NCBI GenBank assembly: GCA_038736825.1
Contig: JAVYME010000033.1
Span: forward strand, 1-12,594
DNA: 12,594 nt
Direction: 5' to 3'
Source: Candidatus Iainarchaeum sp.
Lineage (GTDB): Archaea; Iainarchaeota; Iainarchaeia; Iainarchaeales; DTGL01
The first letter of the stretch is position 1. Every line of letters begins with the position of its first letter. This document shows positions 5,329-12,206 of this stretch, piece after piece. Position numbers and translations under genes: made by a program. The notes under the pieces are model-generated. The model worked only from the letters and a program-made list of their open reading frames with translations. It was not told the origin of the DNA and did no database searches.

Positions 5329-6498
5329 TCAAGGTATTATTTCTGGACCGCAAAATTTTGTGTGTTCAAAATCATTGAGGGAGATTCTTTTTTTCTCTAT
5401 GAGTTCTTTTATTTCTGGAAGAACTTCCAAGAGCATTTTTCTGAATTCTTTCACGGATTTGCAGACAAGGTTCCTGCCTTTTTCCGGCCATGGTTTCACA
5501 ATATTTGAGTAAAGGCATCTGCCACCGCAAAACTTGTATATGGTGCAGGAAGGGCATTTTCCGGATACAAAAACTTTTTTTAGTTTTAGGGGGTGTGCTG
5601 TTGCAATGTGTCCTAAATAGAAGTCTTTCATTCCAGCCATTATGGGGCAAGGGGCAATGAAGCCGTTTGTCATGATGCTGTAATTGGCATAGCCTGAACC
5701 GCACCTTAAAAGGCTTTTTTTGCCAAGCAAAAGGTCTTCGGTTGTGTCAAGGAATGGGTAAAAGCGCAATACTTTGCCTTCTTTTTTCATTTTTGAAATC
5801 CAGAATTTCAATAGCCGTTTTGTGTTCGGCAAATAGTTTTCTTCAAGCCATTTCTTGAAATTTTTTCTTTGCTTGAAATCGTTCCAGAAATTGGCGTCAA
5901 TCTGCCAGTGCACTGAAGTGAATGGAAATTCCTTGTTGGATGCAAGGTGTTTTACAGCCGAATAAATATTTGTGTGTTCTGTTATTGTCATTCTTGCAAT
6001 CAATTCTCCCTTGAAGCCATTCCTTTTGATTTTTTTAAGGTTCTCCATTACCTTGTCATAGGTTCCCTTTCCTCGATTATAGTCGGTTAGGGTTCGATTG
6101 CCGTCAAGCGATACAAGTATAGCGCTGAAGCGGTTAACGTATTGTGGCTCAAGCTTGTTTAAAAGCAAGCCGTTTGTCTGCATCATGAACTGTTTTGGAT
6201 TGCATTCTTGCATTATTTTTCTTATCAAGTCCAAGCGAATGGTTGGCTCTCCGCCATAAAAGGTTAGAGTGCTATCTGGGTCTTTTGAAATGAAGTTGTA
6301 AAGTAGGTGAAGGTCATAGGATAGTTCTGCTGGCAGGCTTTCATCCAAGGCGAATTTTTCCATTCTGGGACTGCAAGAGAAGGCTTTTCCACTGCAATAA
6401 TTGCATTGCAGGTTGCAGTTGTTTGAAAGCAGGACATGAAAGTGCAAAGCTTGCCACCAAGTATGCCTAAACCATATTTGCAATGAAAAATAATGCAT
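5329..6498 (-). CDS. Radical SAM enzyme with a complete C-terminal SPASM domain (putative peptide/protein-modifying maturase)
   Basis: CNLQCNYC (C28, C32, C35), GGEPT, and the SPASM pattern C266-x12-G-x4-C284, C315-x2-C318-x5-C324-x3-C328, then C346. From memory it resembles the archaeal AF0577-type putative peptide-modifying rSAM family; this was not verified by search. Confidence 0.85.
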   Translation of the reverse strand: MHYFSLQIWFRHTWWQALHFHVLLSNNCNLQCNYCSGKAFSCSPRMEKFALDESLPAELSYDLHLLYNFISKDPDSTLTFYGGEPTIRLDLIRKIMQECNPKQFMMQTNGLLLNKLEPQYVNRFSAILVSLDGNRTLTDYNRGKGTYDKVMENLKKIKRNGFKGELIARMTITEHTNIYSAVKHLASNKEFPFTSVHWQIDANFWNDFKQRKNFKKWLEENYLPNTKRLLKFWISKMKKEGKVLRFYPFLDTTEDLLLGKKSLLRCGSGYANYSIMTNGFIAPCPIMAGMKDFYLGHIATAHPLKLKKVFVSGKCPSCTIYKFCGGRCLYSNIVKPWPEKGRNLVCKSVKEFRKMLLEVLPEIKELIEKKRISLNDFEHTKFCGPEIIP

Positions 6499-6519
6499 CC
6501 GGCTGAACAGCCGGAATGC
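6495..6519 (-). promoter_or_regulatory. Stem-loop sequestering the radical SAM start codon
   Basis: Minus-strand RNA is 5'-GCAUUCCGGCUGUUCAGCCGGAUGC-3': an 11-bp stem (GCAU+CCGGCUG / CAGCCGG+AUGC) with one bulged U. The AUG (6498..6496) lies in the 3' arm. It is preceded by TTTGTTTTTG just after the serA stop. Confidence 0.5.
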
Positions 6520-6531
6520 AAAAACAAATCT

Positions 6532-7446
6532 TTATTTTTTTCTTTTAAGTTCGGCGATAACTTTTTCCGCTATTTGAATGCCGCAACGGTTTTGTGCTTC
6601 CACTGTTGATGCTCCCAGGTGGGGTGTGTGCACAACATTGTCCAGCCCAATCAAATCCCAGTTTTCCGGTGGCTCTTTTTCGAAAACATCTATTGCTGCG
6701 CCTGCAACCTTTCCGCTTTTTAGGGCATCAAGCAATGCTTTTTCGTCTATTATTCCACCGCGTGCCACGTTTATTACGCGAACTCCTGGCTTCATTTTTT
6801 CAAAAGCCTGTGCATTCAACAATTTAGTGGTTTCAGGGGTTTTTGGCACGTGTACTGTAATGAAGTCGGATTCTTTGAGCAAAGTTTCAAGGTTAACCTT
6901 TTTTGCGCCAACCTTTTTGTAAACCGCTGGTTTTGCATATGGGTCAAAGGCAATTATTTTCATTTCAAAGGCTTTCATTCTTTTTGCAACCTCTTGCCCT
7001 ATTTTGCCCAAACCAATTATGCCCAGAGTTTTTCCGAAAACCTCTGTTCCCTTGAACTTGTCTCTCTCCCACTTCCTTTCAATCAGTGACTGGTGGGCTT
7101 TTGGAATGTTTCTGCATAATGCCAGCATTACTGCAATTGTGTGCTCTGCAGCGCTTATCGTGTTTCCTTCCGGCGAATTAAGAACCTTTATTTTTTTGGC
7201 TTCTGCTGCCTTTACATCAATGTTGTCCAAGCCGGCTCCAGCCCTTCCTATGACTTTCAAGTTGGAGGCGTTTATTATTTCTGCTGTCACTTGAGTGCCG
7301 CTTCTGACTATGAGGGCATCATATTCTTTGATTTTTGCAGCAAGCGCTGTGCCTTTTGATTCAAAGTCTTCTGTGACTTCAAAACCTGCTTTTTTCAGTT
7401 TTTCAACGCCTTCTTTTGCAAGCTTGTCTGTAATTATGACTTTCAC
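6532..7446 (-). CDS. serA: D-3-phosphoglycerate dehydrogenase, short form without an ACT domain (D-isomer 2-hydroxyacid dehydrogenase family)
   Basis: NAD-binding GIIGLGKIGQEVAKRM and catalytic region NVARGGIIDEKAL...DVFEKEP...TPHLGAST, about 304 aa. Preferred start is GTG 7446..7444 (MKVIITDKL), overlapping the upstream TGA (7445..7443) as GTGA, with GGGGG (7458..7454) 7 nt upstream. Substrate specificity is inferred from the family and the neighbouring aminotransferase. Confidence 0.75.
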   Translation of the reverse strand: MKVIITDKLAKEGVEKLKKAGFEVTEDFESKGTALAAKIKEYDALIVRSGTQVTAEIINASNLKVIGRAGAGLDNIDVKAAEAKKIKVLNSPEGNTISAAEHTIAVMLALCRNIPKAHQSLIERKWERDKFKGTEVFGKTLGIIGLGKIGQEVAKRMKAFEMKIIAFDPYAKPAVYKKVGAKKVNLETLLKESDFITVHVPKTPETTKLLNAQAFEKMKPGVRVINVARGGIIDEKALLDALKSGKVAGAAIDVFEKEPPENWDLIGLDNVVHTPHLGASTVEAQNRCGIQIAEKVIAELKRKK

Positions 7447-8540
7447 TTGCACACCCCCTTTGCCATTAAATCATCTATTGCGCTTGTCAGTTCTTTCAAG
7501 TCTTTCAGGTTGAGGTCTCCCATGTGGGCTATGCGGAAGGTTTTTTGCTTGAATGGCCCATAGCCATCGCTTATGTGCATTTTTTTCTTGGCTAAAGCAT
7601 TATTGAGTTTTTCAACGTTTACGAGATTGGCGTTGTTGTCCACTGCTGTCAAGGTTATGGAGCGATAGCCTTCTTCTGCAAACAAGCCAAAGCCTTTTTT
7701 CAAAGCCCACTTGCGCGTGAATTCAGCCATGTCTGAGTGCCTCTTGAATCTTTTTTCAAGGCCTTCCTTCATGAAGGCGTCAAGCTGGGCGTTCAATGCA
7801 AAAATGTGTGATATTGATGGCGTGGATGGAGTCTGGTTTTTTTCAGCGTATTTTTGGAAGGTGCCAAGGTCAAAGTAATAGCCCCTGTTTGGGATTCTCT
7901 TGTGTTTTTCCATTGCTTTTTCGCTTACAGCGAAAACTGTTAGTCCTGGCGGCAAACCAAAGGCTTTTTGGACTCCTGCAAAGAGCAAGTCTATGCCAAG
8001 CCTGTCCATTTCAATTTTTACGCCGCTGAGTGAAGAGACAGCGTCAACCATAAAGGTAACATTTGGAAAGTCTTTCATTACCTTGGCAATGCTTTCCATT
8101 TCAACCATTACGCCTGTGCTGGTTTCATTGTGCACTAGTGTGAGGGCGTCAAATTGTCCTGTTTCAAGTTTTGCTCTTATTTGGTCTGCTTTGACTGCTT
8201 TTCCTGGTTCGACTGAAATGATTTCTGTTTCTTTTCCGCACAATTTCACTACTTCAGCCCATTTGCTGCTGAATTCGCCCATTACACAGCAAAGCGCTTT
8301 TTTTTCCACAAGGTTTCTTGCTCCAAGCTCCCATATTCCAGTGGAAGAACTAGTGCTCAAAAAAACATGCTGGTTTGTGTAAAGCAATTGCTTTAGTTTT
8401 GGAATGGTGTCAGCGTACAAGTCCATGAATTCTTGGCTTCTGTGCCCTATCATGTAATGCGACATTGCTTTCAATATTGGTGCTTTCACTTCCACTGGCC
8501 CGGGAATAAACAATTTTTTGTATTTCATTTTCACAGCCAT
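7443..8540 (-). CDS. Class V (AGXT-type) PLP aminotransferase, likely an archaeal-type phosphoserine aminotransferase
   Basis: FIPGPVEV near the N-terminus, HNETSTGV, VDAVSSLSG, and the PLP-lysine motif GVQKAFGLPPGL. Preferred start is ATG 8540..8538 (MAVKMKYKKL), 9 nt after GGAGG (8554..8550). Confidence 0.8.
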   Translation of the reverse strand: MAVKMKYKKLFIPGPVEVKAPILKAMSHYMIGHRSQEFMDLYADTIPKLKQLLYTNQHVFLSTSSSTGIWELGARNLVEKKALCCVMGEFSSKWAEVVKLCGKETEIISVEPGKAVKADQIRAKLETGQFDALTLVHNETSTGVMVEMESIAKVMKDFPNVTFMVDAVSSLSGVKIEMDRLGIDLLFAGVQKAFGLPPGLTVFAVSEKAMEKHKRIPNRGYYFDLGTFQKYAEKNQTPSTPSISHIFALNAQLDAFMKEGLEKRFKRHSDMAEFTRKWALKKGFGLFAEEGYRSITLTAVDNNANLVNVEKLNNALAKKKMHISDGYGPFKQKTFRIAHMGDLNLKDLKELTSAIDDLMAKGVCK

Positions 8541-8561
8541 TCTATTCAACCTCCAAATATT

Positions 8562-9824
8562 TCATTCTATTTTTCTGTAAAAAAGCCCGCTTAGAATTTT
8601 GGGGTAAAAATAAGTGCTTTTTTGCGGCATTCTTTGCCCGGCAAGACAGCTGGCAACCACTTGTTCTTTCTTTGTTGCATTCATCAAGAAAGCAATATCG
8701 TATTTGCCGGAGTCTGCTTTTTTTAATGCTTCCCCGAAATCCTTTACATACTCTATGTGTTCTTTTCTTGCAACTTGTTCTGCGGAAATTCCAAGAATTC
8801 CTTCTATCACTATTTTGTGCAATATTGAAACGTCCAGTTCTCTTATTTCTTTTACAATTCCTGGCATGAGCGCAGAAAGGTCAACATTTTTTTTCAAGGA
8901 GAAGAGAAGGGTTTTTCCCTTGCTTCTTGCAATAAAGGCTTTTTCTTTTTTTAAAGCAAGCTTTTTTTCAAGCTGTTTTGCATTTCCCCTTATTTCCTTT
9001 ACATTGAACCATTTTGCCAGTTCTTCTTTAAATTTTTTGAAATCAAATTCTTTCAAGCCAAACAAGAGCCTGTGAGTGGGCAAAACTATCAAGCCGGGGT
9101 CTTTCATTTCAACCAAGAGAATTGGCATTGAATCCGCTTGCGGATTTTCTTCAAAATATTTTAAATGGGTTTCATAGCGGTGGTGGCCGTCTGCAATGAA
9201 GAGTTTTTTGTCTTTCATTGTTTCTGCAATAATGCTTATTTCTTTTTCATCGGTTATCGCCCAAAGCCTGTTTTTGATTCCATTGTCGTCTTTTACTTCA
9301 AAAAGGGGTTTTTTCTTGCAGGTTTTTTCAAGTATTTTTTTGATTTTTCCAGATTTGTCACTGTAAAGGGCGAAAATGCATTCAGTGTTTGCTTTTGTGG
9401 CTCTCAATAGTTCAAGCCTGTCTGCTTTTGGACCGCTTAGGGTGAATTCGTGTGGCAAAATGTTGCCTTGCTCGAAAGGCTCAAGTTTTACAAGCGGAAT
9501 AAAGCCTTTCCGGCGGTATTTTTTTCCTTTAAGGGTGTAAATTTGCTCGTAAGCGTAAATTGCAGGGCTTTCCTCTCTGAAAAGAATGCCTTTTTCTTCC
9601 CAGTTTTTCAGGTTTTCAGCTGCTTTTGCGTAAAGATTGAATTGCTTGTTTTCCTCTATTTCTTCGCCTAGTGTGACATGAATGCAGTTATAGGGGGATC
9701 TTTTGCGCAATTCCTCTCTGTATTCGCGCGAAATTACATCGTATGGCGGCGCTACAAGGTTTTCCGGCTTGCCTGCCTTTTTGAAATCATACCTTAGCGC
9801 TTGAAAAGCCTTGATTTGAACCAA
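8562..9824 (-). CDS. DUF1015 (COG4198) family protein, function unknown
   Basis: Family hallmarks recognised from memory: N-terminal IKAFQALRY, APPYDVIS, LPHEFTLSGPKADRLELLRATKAN, IADGHHRYETHLKY, LPTHRLL. Preferred start is TTG 9824..9822 (VQIKAFQALRY), 8 nt after GGGGG (9837..9833). Confidence 0.75.
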   Translation of the reverse strand: MVQIKAFQALRYDFKKAGKPENLVAPPYDVISREYREELRKRSPYNCIHVTLGEEIEENKQFNLYAKAAENLKNWEEKGILFREESPAIYAYEQIYTLKGKKYRRKGFIPLVKLEPFEQGNILPHEFTLSGPKADRLELLRATKANTECIFALYSDKSGKIKKILEKTCKKKPLFEVKDDNGIKNRLWAITDEKEISIIAETMKDKKLFIADGHHRYETHLKYFEENPQADSMPILLVEMKDPGLIVLPTHRLLFGLKEFDFKKFKEELAKWFNVKEIRGNAKQLEKKLALKKEKAFIARSKGKTLLFSLKKNVDLSALMPGIVKEIRELDVSILHKIVIEGILGISAEQVARKEHIEYVKDFGEALKKADSGKYDIAFLMNATKKEQVVASCLAGQRMPQKSTYFYPKILSGLFYRKIE

Positions 9825-9839
9825 AAAAAACGCCCCCAA

Positions 9840-9938
9840 AACCGCTAGCGCTACGCGCCAGAATTATTTTAAACCAATAAACCTTTAAAAGCCAATACAT
9901 TTTAAGGAAAAGGCTTTCTAAAACTGAAAGGAAAGGGC
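9840..9938 (-). promoter_or_regulatory. Intergenic region: likely terminator of the 7-TM gene and promoter of the DUF1015-aminotransferase-serA string
   Basis: The minus strand carries CTTTTAAAGG and TTTAAAATA (about 9873..9865). The latter sits ~26 nt upstream of about 9843, which would give a short leader containing the GGGGG SD. T-tracts follow the TAA at 9941..9939. An 8-bp palindrome CGCTAGCG lies at 9843-9850. Confidence 0.35.
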
Positions 9939-10700
9939 TTATTTTCTTTTTTCAGTTTTGCCAAAGCCTAGCTCCACTTTGAACTCTAAAACTGTTTTTT
10001 TGAATACATAAGTGCTGATTGAGGCAATCACAAATGCTAAAAACAAAAAGATTGTGCTGGCAAAGTCAAAAGTGTTGAGCAGCATGAAACTGGCGTAATG
10101 CGTTGCCACTGCATAACTGTTGAGTATTTGCCCTGTGAGAAGCAACAGGCTTGCAGTTATCAGGAAAACCGGCATTGGATAAATGGAATTGAATTCTTTT
10201 GTGTAAGAGCCAACAATCCAAAAAGAGAAAGCCAAAAACAAGTAGGCTAGAGAGCAAAGCAGGATTGTTGCAAAAGCAACAAAGCTTGTGGTGTTCAAAA
10301 GCAATATTGTATCAGAAGCAAGGAACACCAGGAAAGCAAAAACCATTGTTTTGGGCATCATCATTTTAACCTTCAAGTTCCTTTTAAAAGAATAAGAGGA
10401 CATTAAAAGGAAAACAGAGGACATTACAAGAAAACCGCTTGAAATCAGTTCTTCTATTCCGCTGAGCGGTTTTCCCAAAAAATAATAGGACTGGATTTCA
10501 GCTATGGGGCTTATTAGCAAAAGAGGAAGGCTGACATACACTAAAAGCCAGTCGGTTTTCTTTTTAGTGAAGGCTTCCACTCTCTTGAGTGCATCAATCA
10601 AAAAATAAAAAGCAAACCAGCAAATCAGGCTTCCAGAAAAATAAAAAAGAATCCTTAGCTGGATTATTCCATAAGGATCAAAAGCGTTCATTTTCACCAT
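9939..10700 (-). CDS. Seven-TM integral membrane protein without a soluble domain, unknown function
   Basis: 253 aa with seven hydrophobic segments by eye, approximately residues 12-35, 51-69, 86-104, 118-135, 139-163, 176-193 and 205-233. Starts at ATG 10700, 28 nt after the upstream TAA. Confidence 0.65.
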   Translation of the reverse strand: MVKMNAFDPYGIIQLRILFYFSGSLICWFAFYFLIDALKRVEAFTKKKTDWLLVYVSLPLLLISPIAEIQSYYFLGKPLSGIEELISSGFLVMSSVFLLMSSYSFKRNLKVKMMMPKTMVFAFLVFLASDTILLLNTTSFVAFATILLCSLAYLFLAFSFWIVGSYTKEFNSIYPMPVFLITASLLLLTGQILNSYAVATHYASFMLLNTFDFASTIFLFLAFVIASISTYVFKKTVLEFKVELGFGKTEKRK

Positions 10701-10728
10701 CTTTGCTTCAAATATACGCTGTTTTAAC

Positions 10729-11334
10729 TTATATTCTTTTCCCTGTGCCTTTCTCCACTGCCTCCTGTTTTAGCTCTTCAAGGTTTATTACCTTGTCAAC
10801 AAATTGGCACATTTGGTTTATGAGGTGCTCTTCTGTTTCCTTTTCAAGGGAAATAAAAATCCCTTTAAGGCGGAGAGTGCGCATTTTTCCAATAAGGAAG
10901 TGCGCAAATTTTGTCACAGTGCCTGCTTGATTGTAAACCAGCAAAGTGCTTATAGAGTCAAAGAACAAAAACTTGTTCTCTCCCTTTAAAGCATCTATTG
11001 CCTTGTTCAAAGAAATGCTTATTTCTGTCAAACCATGCGGTGAAGCAATAAATGAAACATTTGCCCTTTCACTGGTTTTCGCTCCAGTTGTTGCAGAAAT
11101 AGTGTCAATGAAATAAAATTTTTTTGGGTCAATGCCGTTTTTTTCAAATAAGGCGACAAGGTTTTCATAAGGCCTGTTGAGTGTCACATAAACGCACTCG
11201 TTTGATTTTTTTTTCACTAAATAGGAAAGTATTTCAAGGTTGACTTTAAGGTAGTCTGTGGCTTTTACCACGATTAGCACTATTTGGTCTTCTTCAAGAG
11301 AACCTAATTCTTTCAAAAGCCTGCTTTCAGCCAT
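10729..11334 (-). CDS. Degenerate (Walker A-less) KaiC/RecA-fold paralog, predicted non-catalytic
   Basis: Co-linear with the upstream KaiC-like protein: ECVYVTLNRP vs GCYISLEES, KFLFFDSISTLLVYN vs RLVIDSISLISLYF, KGIFISLEK vs GCTTIALSE. VKATDYLKV replaces the P-loop and NR replaces the catalytic EE. Start is ATG 11334 (AGGT 8 nt upstream) or TTG 11343. Confidence 0.7.
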   Translation of the reverse strand: MAESRLLKELGSLEEDQIVLIVVKATDYLKVNLEILSYLVKKKSNECVYVTLNRPYENLVALFEKNGIDPKKFYFIDTISATTGAKTSERANVSFIASPHGLTEISISLNKAIDALKGENKFLFFDSISTLLVYNQAGTVTKFAHFLIGKMRTLRLKGIFISLEKETEEHLINQMCQFVDKVINLEELKQEAVEKGTGKRI

Positions 11335-11344
11335 TTTTTTCAAC

Positions 11345-12190
11345 CTAAAACTTGGTGAAAAGCTCTTCTGTTGGGTAAACCACTATGCCTCTGCCTGCCT
11401 CTATCTGGAACGGGTGAACCTTGAGGGAATGATTTGTTGCACGCATTTTTATCACTGAAATTCCCCTATGGAAAACATTTTCTTTTTTTATCATGTAAAG
11501 CACGATTAAGCCGTCAGCAACAAATTCTTCCACTCCAAACCTGCTGAACTTGCCTTCTTGGGCTGGAACCTCTGAAAGAGCAATTGTAGTGCAACCCATG
11601 TTTTTAATGGATTTTTCCAAGTCAAAGATTGCCCTGCGAACCTTGAACTGGTCTTGAAAATAAAGGCTTATAAGAGAAATAGAGTCAATTACAAGCCTTT
11701 CAGCGTTAACTTTGGCGACAGCATCCTCTATTGTCATCAAGAGCTCGTCAAAATCATACAATTCCGGCTTTCTGAGAACAAGATCGCCTTCAGCTATCAT
11801 TTTATTGATGTCCCAGTTGAAAATGCGCATTTGCCTTATTGTTTCCTCTATGGATTCCTCTAGTGAAATATAACAGCCACGTTGCCCCATTTCTAAGCCC
11901 TTGACAAGGAAATTCATTGCAAAAGTGCTTTTTCCGGTTCCAGTTGAACCGCTTAAAAGCACAAGAGAATCCTTTGGAATGCCTCCTTCCACCAATTCGT
12001 CAAAGCCCTCTATGCCAGTGGGCATGCGGTTTATGAAAAGCGGTGCCTCTGCACTAGCCTTTGCTGGTTCTATCACAATCTCTTTCTTTGAAGTCACGGT
12101 TTGCTTTGCTTTTTTTCCAGTTCCCAAGTAAGGAAGATCCACTTCTTCCAGTTTTGGCTCTTCACTTGCATCATCTTCGTCGGCTACCAT
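11345..12190 (-). CDS. Single-domain KaiC-like (RadA/RecA superfamily, COG0467-type) ATPase with a charged N-terminal extension
   Basis: MPTGIEGFDELVEGGIP, Walker A GSTGTGKST, SLEES, Walker B RLVIDSIS. Preferred start is ATG 12190 (GGAAGTGG 5 nt upstream); the track start is TTG 12205. Stop is TAG 11347..11345. Confidence 0.85.
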   Translation of the reverse strand: MVADEDDASEEPKLEEVDLPYLGTGKKAKQTVTSKKEIVIEPAKASAEAPLFINRMPTGIEGFDELVEGGIPKDSLVLLSGSTGTGKSTFAMNFLVKGLEMGQRGCYISLEESIEETIRQMRIFNWDINKMIAEGDLVLRKPELYDFDELLMTIEDAVAKVNAERLVIDSISLISLYFQDQFKVRRAIFDLEKSIKNMGCTTIALSEVPAQEGKFSRFGVEEFVADGLIVLYMIKKENVFHRGISVIKMRATNHSLKVHPFQIEAGRGIVVYPTEELFTKF

Positions 12191-12206
12191 TAAAACCACT
12201 TCCAAG

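Noticed and set aside
5372-5704. Track ORFs inside the radical SAM gene (5372..5704, 5294..5512, 6264..6527)
   Set aside because: These are alternate-frame or antisense ORFs within a CDS whose main frame carries the complete CxxxCxxC and SPASM motifs.
6578-9671. Numerous plus-strand ORFs antisense to serA, the aminotransferase and the DUF1015 gene (for example 6578..6922, 7004..7294, 7900..8382, 8614..9075, 9165..9410)
   Set aside because: All lie opposite minus-strand frames with clear enzyme motifs. Their products are Ser/Phe/Leu-rich low-complexity strings, typical of antisense shadows.
9843-9850. GC-rich palindrome CGCTAGCG near the predicted start of the DUF1015 operon transcript
   Set aside because: It is only 8 bp and occurs once, with no partner half-sites. 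That is too little to call an operator. It is noted in the promoter feature only.
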